DNA from: Acidobacteriota bacterium
Lineage (GTDB): Bacteria > Acidobacteriota > Thermoanaerobaculia > Thermoanaerobaculales > Sulfomarinibacteraceae
Assembly (NCBI GenBank): GCA_013152895.1
Contig: JAADFN010000104.1
Location: 1-59,641, forward strand
Reading direction: 5' to 3'
DNA: 59,641 bases
Positions 25,239 through 34,798 of the stretch are shown piece after piece. How positions within the stretch are numbered: position 1 is the stretch's first letter; each line of letters begins with the position of its first letter. The notes beneath the pieces were generated by a model that was not told where the DNA came from, did not search any database, and saw nothing but the letters and a program-made list of their open reading frames with translations. The position numbers and the translations under genes were made by a program.

Positions 25239-27053
25239 ATGTCCGACTCGTATCGCGCCGAAGCCCTTGTGAGGCTCGTAGCCGTGCTGATCTCGTCAGC
25301 CGTGATCGTCCTGGGTCTGCCGCGCTTCGCGTCCGCACAGTTCGCCCCCACCTGGCAGCGGGAGTACCTCCGCGGCCTCCAGCTCGAACGGGATGGCCGC
25401 TACGATGCGGCCCTCAAGGCGTTCGGCTTCGCACGGGCCCTCCAGCCCCATCCCCGGAAAGACGTCCGCTTCCCGTCCGGCCAACGCCTCGGCTACGACC
25501 CGTACTATCACATGGCGTACTGCCTCGCCCGTTCCGGCGGCGCGCCTCTCGTGATCAAGAAGCTCGCGCAGCGGTCGGTGCAGGCCAGGGTCACGCCCAA
25601 ACGCAAGCTCGAGGAGCTGCGGGACTACGTCCTCGCCCACGACCTCGGCGCGCCGTGGGCACGTGGCCTGAAAACACCCGGAAAGCGTCCGCGCCGTCGG
25701 CGCCCGCCTCTCCCGCGGGCGCAGCCCAGCCCAACCCCGGCCCCGGCGAGGCTCGACCTGAGGGCGGTTCCCGCGCCCGTGACGGTCGACGTCGACGGAC
25801 ATCCCCGCGGCACCGGCCACACGGTTCTCACGCTACCCCCGGGACCGCACCGCGTCCGGCTTCTTCGCGGGGGAAAGTCCCTCTACGACCGGAGGCTCGA
25901 TCTCGCGCCGGGGGAAACGCTCGCCGTCGTCCTGCCGAAGATCACGGCGCCCCCCACGAGGACCCCGGCTCCCGTACCGACTGTCACGCCGGCCCCCCAG
26001 GTATCTCCGGGCCCCGCTTCCGTCCCGCCGGCGGCGTCCAGCCCCGGAACCGCGCCACGCCGCGGGTCGCTGCATCGCCGCACCCTCCTGGCGATCGCTC
26101 TGGCCGCGCTGGTCCTGGTGCTCGTGGTCATCCTCGGCCTGCTCACGTGGCGCAGGCGCCGCCGCGGGCCGAACCTGGAGGCGGCGCGAACGCGGCGCCT
26201 GGCCTCGCCACCGGGGGGGTTGACCGGGTACACGTTCGGCCAGTACGAGATCGTGGGAAAGCTGGGCAGCGGAGGCATGGCGACGACCTACCGGGCGCGG
26301 CGTTCAAGCGACGGCAAGGAAGTTGCGCTCAAGATCCCCCACGACACCTGCCTGGAGGACGAAACGTTCCGCAAGCGGTTTCTGCGCGAGGGGGCGCTCG
26401 GCGCCCAGCTCCATCATCCGAACCTGGTACGGATCATCGAGGCGGGCGAGGATCACGGAATACCGTTCATCGTCATGGAGCTCGTCCGTGGCGTCACCCT
26501 TCGCGACGTGCTGGCGATGACGGGGCAGCTCCCCCTGGACAGGGCGCTCGACCTCGCCCGCCAGACCGCCGAGGCGCTGGACTACGCCCATTCGAAGGGA
26601 GTCATCCACCGCGATCTCAAGCCGGAAAACCTGATGGTCCTTCCGGACAATCGCTTGATGGTGATGGACTTCGGCATCGCCCGCATCGAGGGCGGCGGCG
26701 GTTTGACCAGCACGTCCGTCGTGATGGGAACCCCGGCCTACACCGCGCCGGAGTCGCTGGCCCGGGAGCCGGTCGATCACCGGGCCGACCTCTACGCGCT
26801 CGGGATGATCCTCTTCGAGATGTTGGAGGGCGCGGGCCCGTTTCCCGGCGCAAGTCCGCTGGAACAGCTCCAGGCACACCTCGAGGGAAGATTCCCGGAC
26901 CGTTCGGAGCTCGTCCGGCCGCTGCCGGACGCCATCTGGAATCTCATTCTCCGGCTGGTCGCGCGCAACCCCGACGATCGTTTCCCCAGCGCGGAGGCGC
27001 TCCTCGTCGAGCTCGCCGCCATCATTCGCGATGTGGAGGAGGGACGCCTGTAA
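25239..27053 (+). CDS. Receptor-topology Ser/Thr protein kinase (signal peptide, extracytoplasmic domain with a PEGA-like module, TM, C-terminal kinase)
   Basis: The ATG at 25239 begins the signal-like helix MSDSYRAEALVRLVAVLISSAVIVLGLPRFASAQ. A PEGA-like segment (VTVDVDGHPRGTGHTVLTLPPGPHRVRL) and a Pro-rich linker follow. The TM helix is LLAIALAALVLVLVVILGLL. Kinase motifs are GSGGMATTY, VALK, HRDLKPEN, DFG and APE. Confidence 0.88.
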   Translation: MSDSYRAEALVRLVAVLISSAVIVLGLPRFASAQFAPTWQREYLRGLQLERDGRYDAALKAFGFARALQPHPRKDVRFPSGQRLGYDPYYHMAYCLARSGGAPLVIKKLAQRSVQARVTPKRKLEELRDYVLAHDLGAPWARGLKTPGKRPRRRRPPLPRAQPSPTPAPARLDLRAVPAPVTVDVDGHPRGTGHTVLTLPPGPHRVRLLRGGKSLYDRRLDLAPGETLAVVLPKITAPPTRTPAPVPTVTPAPQVSPGPASVPPAASSPGTAPRRGSLHRRTLLAIALAALVLVLVVILGLLTWRRRRRGPNLEAARTRRLASPPGGLTGYTFGQYEIVGKLGSGGMATTYRARRSSDGKEVALKIPHDTCLEDETFRKRFLREGALGAQLHHPNLVRIIEAGEDHGIPFIVMELVRGVTLRDVLAMTGQLPLDRALDLARQTAEALDYAHSKGVIHRDLKPENLMVLPDNRLMVMDFGIARIEGGGGLTSTSVVMGTPAYTAPESLAREPVDHRADLYALGMILFEMLEGAGPFPGASPLEQLQAHLEGRFPDRSELVRPLPDAIWNLILRLVARNPDDRFPSAEALLVELAAIIRDVEEGRL

Positions 27054-27077
27054 GCTGCGCGTCGAGCCGGCCTCCAG

Positions 27078-27254
27078 CCCGGCCGATGCATCAGCGATCG
27101 TGGCGAGCGGCGCGAGATGGCCGTCAGGGCTACCGGCTCAAGCGGTGAGCGGCCGGGGCGAACCCGACGGGACGTCGCAGGCCGGGAATCGTGAAGGGCA
27201 CGGCCCCGCCACCCGGGTCGCGCTGCGCGGTAGATCACTGATGCATCGGCCGGG
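27078..27254. repeat. 177-bp intergenic element bounded by 22-bp inverted repeats (MITE-like or long structured hairpin)
   Basis: CCCGGCCGATGCATCAGCGATC (27078..27099) matches the reverse complement of GATCACTGATGCATCGGCCGGG (27233..27254) at 21 of 22 positions. It fills the gap between the convergent kinase and bamA stops. Confidence 0.6.
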
Positions 27255-29999
27255 CTAGAAAGGAACGCCGAAAGCGAGGAACAGCTCGCCCGCGGACTCG
27301 CCGTTGCGGCGATGAACCTTGCGTCCGTAGTCCAGGCGCAGTGGACCTGCGGGCGTATCGATCCGAAGACCGATACCGACGCCCCATCGCATGTCGTTCC
27401 AGTTGACCCGGTTCGGCGACGCCCAGACGTTTCCCCCGTCGACGAAGAGCACGGCCGACAGGATCCCGTGTACCTTTCGGCGGTACTCCATGTTGATGAG
27501 GACGAGGGCGTTCCCGCCGATGGGGTTTCCCAGCGTGTCGAGCGTCTGGCCGGGAATCCCCAGGTCGTCCGTGGGAAAGGCACGGTTCGACGCGCTGCCG
27601 CCGGCGAAGAACCTCACCCCGATCGGTACCTGGAGGTTTTCCGGTTGAGCGGAGTGATTGGCGATCGGGTAGATGGCGCCCAAACGAACTCCCAGGGCGC
27701 CGATACCGCCGGGCAGACGGCCGTACAGGGAGAAGCTCGTCCGCACCTTGAAGAACCTGGCATCCGCGTTGAGGACCGGGAACGCGTACTGTGCGCTCGC
27801 CGATGCGAAGATCCCCTTCGTCGGCAGGAAAGGATCATCGCGCGTGTCCCACTCGAGGGTCGGTCTCAGGGAGGCGATCCGGGCCTTCTGGTTTTCACGC
27901 TCGAGATCGGACAGGATGTCGGGCGGGGCGTTCGGCTCGACGATCTGGTACTCGGCCCGCCACCACAGGCGGAACGGCCGTTTCCTGCGATCTCCAAGAT
28001 CAAGCCAGAAGCCGTGGCGCGTCTGCGAGAACGAGGTGAACTTCTCGTACGTCCTGTACACGCTGGCATACGCGGGAACGCCGAGCCCCGGAACGTTGGG
28101 CTCGCGAAGCGTGGCCCGGTACGTCTCCTCGCGTGAGGAGAACCTCATCTGTACCGACAGCGCATGGGCGCCACCGAAAAGGTTGAGGTCCGACCAGCCG
28201 AGGGTGATATGGGCCTTGTTCGTGGTATCCCAGCCAACGCCCATCAGGAACGAGCGTTGCAAGCCCTCCGTGCAGCGAACCACGAAACCGCGGCGGCGCC
28301 CCCGGTCCTGCCCAGGGATGGGAACGATATCCACCATCCGGAAGATCCCGAGCTCGTAGAGCTTCCGCTGCGCCGTCAGGATCGTCTCCAGGGAATACGG
28401 GATGCCGGCTCTCAGGCCCGCCCGGTTCAAGACGCCGCGGACCACCGAGTCCCGCGTGACGTACAGGCCGGAGATGACGACTTCCGAGATCGTCACCCAG
28501 TCCCCGGGAACGGCGACAAAGCGAACGATCACCGAGCCCGGTTGCGGAACGTTCTTCGTGACGCGGACGGCGGCATCGGGATATCCCCGGTTTTCCAAGG
28601 CGGTCTCCAGTGCACGCCGCTCGGGCTCGAGGAGACTGGGATCCCACGGGCGCCCTTCGCCGAGCGGGAGAGTTCCCGACTCGATGACCGGTGCGGCCTC
28701 GACCGGGAATCCATCGAAGAGGATCCTCTCGACATGCCAGCGCCGCCCCTCGGCGATGGGAAAACTGATCGCCACCAAAGCGCCGCCAAGCGCTTCGATC
28801 CTCGGCGTCGCGACCGAGACTTTCGCAAAACCGTTGTGCCGGTAGAGCGCTTCCAGGGCCGCCCTGTCGTCCTCCAGGGTTTGATCGTTGACGGTCTGGG
28901 CCAGCAGGCCGCTGGTCTTGCCGGGATGTACCTTGACGGCCTCGCGCAACTTTTTCACCCGCAGATGGTGGTTCCCCGGAAAGAGAACCTTGCGAATGAT
29001 GCAGCGGGGTCCGAGATCGATCTTCAACGCCAGGACGTACGGCGTGCGGCTGGTGTCCAGGCGGGCCTGCACCCGGGCGAGCAGGTAGCCCATCGACTGC
29101 ACGTTCGTCCGGATCTTCTCGGTCACGGCATTGATTTGGGCCGGATGAATCGGCTCTGAAGCGGGATCCGGAAGCGCCCGCTCGATGACCTTCTTCTGTT
29201 TCGGTGCGCCGGGCATGCTGACGTCGAAGGTGTAGGCAGGTCCGGGGTCAACCCTGACCACGACGCGAAAGCCGTGAGGCTCCCTGAGCTCGCGGGTGTC
29301 GAGGACCTCCGCCTCCCAGTAGCCCGCCCCGCGCAGGGCGGCTTCGATCCGATCCCGGACCTGGTCGAGCCGTACCTCCGTCAGTTTCTTCCCCCGCTTG
29401 AGACGGGCAGCCTTGGCGATACCGGCCGCTCCTTCCGGAGCTCCTTTCAGCGTAATGCCCGCAGCGCGCGCCGCAGAACCGAGGCTGATGTGGAAGATCA
29501 CATCGACGGTGTTGGTCTCCGGCCGATAGTTGACCTCTGGATCGACGGCGGCATCGATGTAGCTCCTGCGCGCAAGCTCGCGTTTCACGCGGTCCACCGT
29601 CGTCCGGACCGCTGCGGGCGAAAAGAAATCCCGCCGGTGGACGTGGACCCACGAGCGGATGCGAACCCGCCACACCACGCCCACCCCTTCGAGACGGACT
29701 GACGCCACCCGCGGCCTCAGACGTGCGGCGATCGTCACTAGCACGCCCCCGGGTGCCGGCTTCGCGGTCACGGCCAGCGATTCGAAGCTACCACCGGCGT
29801 ACAGGGCGCGAATCCCTTGACGCAGCCGTACCCGGTCGACCGGTTTGCCGGCCACGAGGCCGAGCACGTGAAGCATCTCGGCCCGGTCGATCTTCGTGTC
29901 GGCACGCACCTCGATGGCAGTGACAACGGGTTGCGCCGCCCGAAGCGCGGTCACCATACCGAGGGCCAGAACAGCGAAAACGAGGATCTTGCGCACCAC
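27255..29999 (-). CDS. bamA: BamA-family outer membrane protein assembly factor (POTRA repeats + Omp85 barrel)
   Basis: Multiple POTRA-like repeats are followed by a surface-antigen (D15) barrel ending in the beta-signal LFLAFGVPF. I chose the GTG at 29999, directly after the tamB stop; the ORF-track start is 30047. Confidence 0.88.
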   Translation of the reverse strand: MVRKILVFAVLALGMVTALRAAQPVVTAIEVRADTKIDRAEMLHVLGLVAGKPVDRVRLRQGIRALYAGGSFESLAVTAKPAPGGVLVTIAARLRPRVASVRLEGVGVVWRVRIRSWVHVHRRDFFSPAAVRTTVDRVKRELARRSYIDAAVDPEVNYRPETNTVDVIFHISLGSAARAAGITLKGAPEGAAGIAKAARLKRGKKLTEVRLDQVRDRIEAALRGAGYWEAEVLDTRELREPHGFRVVVRVDPGPAYTFDVSMPGAPKQKKVIERALPDPASEPIHPAQINAVTEKIRTNVQSMGYLLARVQARLDTSRTPYVLALKIDLGPRCIIRKVLFPGNHHLRVKKLREAVKVHPGKTSGLLAQTVNDQTLEDDRAALEALYRHNGFAKVSVATPRIEALGGALVAISFPIAEGRRWHVERILFDGFPVEAAPVIESGTLPLGEGRPWDPSLLEPERRALETALENRGYPDAAVRVTKNVPQPGSVIVRFVAVPGDWVTISEVVISGLYVTRDSVVRGVLNRAGLRAGIPYSLETILTAQRKLYELGIFRMVDIVPIPGQDRGRRRGFVVRCTEGLQRSFLMGVGWDTTNKAHITLGWSDLNLFGGAHALSVQMRFSSREETYRATLREPNVPGLGVPAYASVYRTYEKFTSFSQTRHGFWLDLGDRRKRPFRLWWRAEYQIVEPNAPPDILSDLERENQKARIASLRPTLEWDTRDDPFLPTKGIFASASAQYAFPVLNADARFFKVRTSFSLYGRLPGGIGALGVRLGAIYPIANHSAQPENLQVPIGVRFFAGGSASNRAFPTDDLGIPGQTLDTLGNPIGGNALVLINMEYRRKVHGILSAVLFVDGGNVWASPNRVNWNDMRWGVGIGLRIDTPAGPLRLDYGRKVHRRNGESAGELFLAFGVPF

Positions 30000-30000
30000 G

Positions 30001-33000
30001 TCAATACCGCTTGCGAACCTTGAGGTCCAGCGCCATGCTCCCGTCACGCTGCCGCGTGGCCTCCAGGAACACCTGCGGCGCCAGCGTCCACCGGCTGAAA
30101 ATGACGGCTTCCCGGTTCGCCGTCAGGTTCGATTCCACCGCCACCGTCCAGTGGGGCCCCAGCTGTTTGACCACGGTCACGCGGGCAGTGGCGTTCCCCG
30201 TGCTCGATTCGGCGAACGGATCGATACGGACCTGGTCGACGGCCAGGAGCGAGCGCGCCCTCCGGTCGAGAGCCTCGGTCAGCGATCTGGACAGCAACGC
30301 CCCCGCCATGCCGAGACCGGGGCCCCCGCCCTCCCGGCTGCTCCTGTGGCCGGTGGCCAGCAGGGCGATGACATCTTCCTGCGGCAGGGGCGGATCCGAG
30401 CTGAACGTCGGGATCAAGCGGTCAGCTGTTCCCCGCAGGTTAATCATGATGTCGTACATGTCGACCGATGCCTGTGCCTGGACGTCGAAGTGGGGAGCGA
30501 TGTGCGACGGATCGGCGAACGTGATGACGCACCGGTCGATGTCGTACTCGACGCCCTGGACGGTGAGCTGCCCGCCCTCGGCGATCTCCACCTTGCCCAC
30601 CATACCGGGCTCGGCCGGCGTCCCGGTGATGTGAAGCGAGGCCGATCCCACCATCCTCATGAAGGCATTCCTCGCCTCGATCGTGTGGTCGGCGGCAACC
30701 GTCAGATCGAGGCGAGGCACATCGGGCAACGTTCCGCCCCTCGCGCGGCCGAACCAGTCGGCGAGAATCTCCGGGAGCGTGTCGCTGCGCCTCAGTCTCG
30801 TATGCTCGACCTTGAGGTCTCCCCTCAGCAGGAGCGTGGCCGGGGGGCCTTGCAGTGACCAGCTCCCGCTCAGGCGCGGGCTCAATCCCGGGAAAAGCGG
30901 GAACTGCACGCGGGAAATCCGCCCCGCAAGATTCAGGTCGAGCCCCCCCTTCCCAAGCAGGAGGCTGCCACTGGCGGTCCCCCTCCCGCCGAGCATCCGA
31001 AACGTCATCCCATCCACGGTGGCCCGCCCCGGCGCCAGCAGCAGCGTGCCCTTGATCCCGGACACGATCATCTGTGAACCTGGGAAGCGGAATGACGCCT
31101 CGGAAACGTCGGCGATCCCGTCGAACCGGGGATGGCGAATCGATCCGGACATCTCGAGGACGCCACGCACGCGGCCCGCCGGCTCCCACGCGGGAAGGAA
31201 CAGCTGGAGCAGCCGGGCGTCCGAGCTCCCGGTCAGGTGGCCGGCAAGCGAACCATCGAGGCCGATGTGGGCCGTAAGAAAAAGCTCGTGCCCCTGCGTG
31301 CCTTTGACCCAGAGGTTTGTGAGCCAGAATCCACCCGTGTCCAAAGCGACCTTGGCCGGTTCGGCCAGGCCGCCGTGAACGTTCCCGAGCGCCAGATCGA
31401 GCCGGTCGAAGGTACCGCTGATCCGGGGAATCTCTCCTTGCTTCCAGCTGACCCTGAAGGACCCGTGGCCCCGGCCGTGCAGCACCGCACGGGACCCAGG
31501 CCCCCCGAAACGTTCGAGCAGAGCCGCGACGGATGAAACGTCGATCGTTGCCGGCCCGGTATAGAGGCCGTCCGGCCCCCGGACGAGGTGCACCCTGGCT
31601 CGTGCTGCCCCACTCAGCGTCGCGTCGACGTCGAGGCGGCCCGGACCAAGATCCGCAGCGGCCGTCCCTCCCGGCCCCCGGACCGTGATGCGCCCCATCA
31701 GATCGTGGCCGGGGCTCCAGTTGAACGCGGTCTCCAGGCTGAGCTTCGACCCCAACAACGCTTCCGCCACGGGGCCAAACGGCTTCGCCGCGATGTCAGC
31801 CGCATGCAACTCGCCGCGAATCGCCATCCGGGGTACGTTCCACGAGAACCGCCCGCCGATGCCGGCATCGCAGCTCAAACCGTGAAAGGAGAACACCCCG
31901 CCGCCCAGGTCGATCGTGGCGGTCCCGTTGCCCACCCGCTCCGGTCCAACGGTGAGCCCCTGGAATCCCAGCGCCCACGACCCGGTCGGAGCAGCGATCG
32001 GCCCACGCAGCCCGCCCGTAAAGGCGAGGTTTCCCGAAACCAGGTTCCCGGCGCCGAGCCATCCCGCGATGTCCGCCGCCGGAAGCCCGTGCCCGTTGAT
32101 CGTCAGGTCGAGCTGGCGTTCCCCGGCGGAGGGACGCCAGGCGATCCGGCCGGTGATCTCGCCACTCCCGGGGCCCAGGCGATAGGCGGCGTGGTTGACG
32201 GTCAACTCGCCGCCCGCGATGGACGCGTCGAAAACGACATGGTCGAGCCGGATCGGTGCGAACGTCATCGGCGCAGCCTCGATCCGGAAACCTACGCGGA
32301 GGGCATCCCACGGACCCGCCAGGCTGACCTGCGCGTCGCACGTTCCGCCGAGCCCGGGCGGGATCACCCGCGAGCGAACCCACCCGTTGACCATCCGTGC
32401 GAGCTGTGGAATCGGGGCCCGGCGGGCATGGATCGACCAGGCGGGCGCCCACGTGCCCAGCGCCAGCGGACCCTGCCAGTCAACATCCGCGGATCCGATC
32501 CGGAGACCGGAAGCCGTAAACTCGAGCACACCCTTCCCGTCGAGGCCGATTCCAAGGGTGCCACGGACGGGAAGCTCCCCGGCAAGGGGTGTGACCCGGA
32601 CGGTCGCACGCCCATGTCCCCCCTTGATCCAGCCGCCGTCCCACGCAAGATCGGCGCCGGTTTCCACCCGTCCGCGCAGCCCGGCGTCCGGCACCCCGAT
32701 GTGGGCGAGAAATGCCCGAAGATCGATGCCCGATCCGTCGAGATGAACACGATGGGGAAACGGCGCGCCGAGCCTGGCGAGCGTATACGTCCCGCGAATC
32801 GTACCGCCGAAGATCTCGCCGTGGTCAAGTTTTCCGACCAGGCCCCTTGAACTGATGCTCACACGTCCGGCCAGGTTCCGAACCTCGAAACCGGCTGCCA
32901 CCAGGCGGCGCGAACGGATCCGCGTGCGGATCAACGGCCGGCGCTGGCTGCTCAAGCTCCCGTCCAGCGTACAGACGCCGTGGAGGAGCCCCGCCTGGTC

Positions 33001-33759
33001 CGTGAACCGGTCGACGGCGGCCATGTCAACTCTCCCCCGCCACGTGAGCCGGATCGTATCCCCGGCGACCAGGCCGGTTCCATCGAGCGAGATCCCCGCG
33101 CTGGAGACGTGCCAGCGGGGCACGGTGAGCGTCTTCCCGATCGCGAACCGCGCCCTGGCGCTGAGCGTGAGAGGTTGCAACCCGGGGATCGTCAGCACGC
33201 CCCGCGGGACGATGGCGAACCCGCGCGAGAGGTGCCGGTTACCCACCCAGGCTGCGCGGACGTTGTCCGCCCGGACCCCCAGGCCACCCGGGAGATTCGT
33301 TCCGGCAACATCGATGTCATCGAGAGCGAGATGCCGGATGCGGACCGTAAACCATGGCCGCGAGCGTTTCGCCGGCAGCCTGACGCCCCGCAGCGTGATC
33401 GAGACGTGCCGGGCGGACACCGTTTCCAGCTCCAGGCTCCGGTGAGCCATGTAGAGCCCGCCCAGCGTGGCGCTGGCCTCGGCGGCGCGGCACGAGAAGC
33501 CCCGGCTCTCGATATCGAGCCCGCGCACGATCACACGAGGGGGGAACAGGCCCCATTGCAACTGCTCGACGTGGACCTTCGCACCGGTTGCAGCCTCGAT
33601 GCGTCCAGCGCCCCACCGCGCCACAGCGGCGCGCACCCGGGCGCTCGTCAAGAGCCGGGCCGCGCCGAGCGCAAGGAGGAGCAGGAAAGCTACGGTCGCC
33701 AGAACGGCGATCGTGGTCCGCCGCAGGTGGCGATATCTCACCCGCCCCGTTCTCCCCAC
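30001..33759 (-). CDS. tamB: Translocation and assembly module protein TamB (AsmA-like, DUF490 C-terminus)
   Basis: This 1252-aa protein has an N-terminal anchor (TIAVLATVAFLLLLALGAARLL), a long beta-rich body and a DUF490-like C-terminus (VTVVKQLGPHWTVAVESNL...FSRWTLAPQVFLEA). Confidence 0.85.
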   Translation of the reverse strand: MGRTGRVRYRHLRRTTIAVLATVAFLLLLALGAARLLTSARVRAAVARWGAGRIEAATGAKVHVEQLQWGLFPPRVIVRGLDIESRGFSCRAAEASATLGGLYMAHRSLELETVSARHVSITLRGVRLPAKRSRPWFTVRIRHLALDDIDVAGTNLPGGLGVRADNVRAAWVGNRHLSRGFAIVPRGVLTIPGLQPLTLSARARFAIGKTLTVPRWHVSSAGISLDGTGLVAGDTIRLTWRGRVDMAAVDRFTDQAGLLHGVCTLDGSLSSQRRPLIRTRIRSRRLVAAGFEVRNLAGRVSISSRGLVGKLDHGEIFGGTIRGTYTLARLGAPFPHRVHLDGSGIDLRAFLAHIGVPDAGLRGRVETGADLAWDGGWIKGGHGRATVRVTPLAGELPVRGTLGIGLDGKGVLEFTASGLRIGSADVDWQGPLALGTWAPAWSIHARRAPIPQLARMVNGWVRSRVIPPGLGGTCDAQVSLAGPWDALRVGFRIEAAPMTFAPIRLDHVVFDASIAGGELTVNHAAYRLGPGSGEITGRIAWRPSAGERQLDLTINGHGLPAADIAGWLGAGNLVSGNLAFTGGLRGPIAAPTGSWALGFQGLTVGPERVGNGTATIDLGGGVFSFHGLSCDAGIGGRFSWNVPRMAIRGELHAADIAAKPFGPVAEALLGSKLSLETAFNWSPGHDLMGRITVRGPGGTAAADLGPGRLDVDATLSGAARARVHLVRGPDGLYTGPATIDVSSVAALLERFGGPGSRAVLHGRGHGSFRVSWKQGEIPRISGTFDRLDLALGNVHGGLAEPAKVALDTGGFWLTNLWVKGTQGHELFLTAHIGLDGSLAGHLTGSSDARLLQLFLPAWEPAGRVRGVLEMSGSIRHPRFDGIADVSEASFRFPGSQMIVSGIKGTLLLAPGRATVDGMTFRMLGGRGTASGSLLLGKGGLDLNLAGRISRVQFPLFPGLSPRLSGSWSLQGPPATLLLRGDLKVEHTRLRRSDTLPEILADWFGRARGGTLPDVPRLDLTVAADHTIEARNAFMRMVGSASLHITGTPAEPGMVGKVEIAEGGQLTVQGVEYDIDRCVITFADPSHIAPHFDVQAQASVDMYDIMINLRGTADRLIPTFSSDPPLPQEDVIALLATGHRSSREGGGPGLGMAGALLSRSLTEALDRRARSLLAVDQVRIDPFAESSTGNATARVTVVKQLGPHWTVAVESNLTANREAVIFSRWTLAPQVFLEATRQRDGSMALDLKVRKRY

Positions 33760-34610
33760 TTCAACTTGCGATGGAGGATCTGGAAGAACGAGCCTTCATG
33801 GCTGGTGATCAGGCGCACCGGTTCGTCGCAACGCTTGATCCGGATCAGGTCCCGCGGTGTCAGCGGAAACCCCTCCTGGCCGTCCAGCGTCAGGAAGACC
33901 TCCTCGGCGAGGCTCTCGAGCCGAACCTCGACCACGGCGTCCAGCGGCAGTGTGATCGGCCGGTTGGTCAGGGTGTGGGGACAGATCGGCGTGATCACGA
34001 GGGCGTCGAGGGTCGGGTAGAGAATCGGGCCGCCGGCCGAGAGGTTGTACGCCGTCGATCCTGTTGGCGTCGCAACGATGAGACCGTCGGCTCGAAAACG
34101 GCTGACGAAGTTCCCGTTGACGTGAACCGACAGGTGGATCATCCGCGCCAGCGCCGACTTGTTGATCACGGCATCGTTGAGCACGAGACTGGTTACCGGT
34201 TCCCGGCCCGGCGTGATCGCCGCGACCTCCAGCCTTTCCCGCTCCTCGACCGGCGCCTTGCCCTCGAGCGCCGCGTGGAGCATCGGGAAGAGCGCCTCGG
34301 CCCGGTGCTCCGTCAGGAACCCGAGCGTGCCCAGGTTGATGCCGAGGATCGGCGTTTTCCCCACAGGCCCCCGCGTGACGGACAGGAGCGTCCCATCTCC
34401 CCCGAGCACGACGACGAGATCGACCAGCGAGGGCAGCTCCGTCCGCGTCGGGCCATCGCTCGCATCGATCACCGAGGCCGATTCGGAGTCGACCACCGTT
34501 TCCAGGCCCAGCCGCTCCAGCTCGACGACCAGCTGCCTGCCGAGATCGACAGCTTCCGCATTCGAGCCCTTCAACACCACGCCGACACGACGAACCGCCA
34601 TCGCCACCAT
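33738..34610 (-). CDS. nadK: NAD+ kinase
   Basis: Motifs are GGDGTLL, the NDAVI region and TPTGSTAYNLSAGGPI. The ATG is at 34610 (alternative 34601). The ORF-track start at 34727 is trimmed. Confidence 0.9.
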   Translation of the reverse strand: MVAMAVRRVGVVLKGSNAEAVDLGRQLVVELERLGLETVVDSESASVIDASDGPTRTELPSLVDLVVVLGGDGTLLSVTRGPVGKTPILGINLGTLGFLTEHRAEALFPMLHAALEGKAPVEERERLEVAAITPGREPVTSLVLNDAVINKSALARMIHLSVHVNGNFVSRFRADGLIVATPTGSTAYNLSAGGPILYPTLDALVITPICPHTLTNRPITLPLDAVVEVRLESLAEEVFLTLDGQEGFPLTPRDLIRIKRCDEPVRLITSHEGSFFQILHRKLKWGERGG

Positions 34611-34798
34611 GGGCTCATTGTACCCGTTCCCCGCATCGCCGGTCCCGTCTCCTGCACCGTCGACCGTGCCCCGTGATCCACCCGCGCCTCGACACACCCA
34701 CACGACGGGCCCCCTTCCGTCTTGCAAAAGGGAATCACGGGGACCTGAAACCTCCGGCGGGGAGTGATACGCTCAAGGGGCGAGAGAGGAGGTGCACC

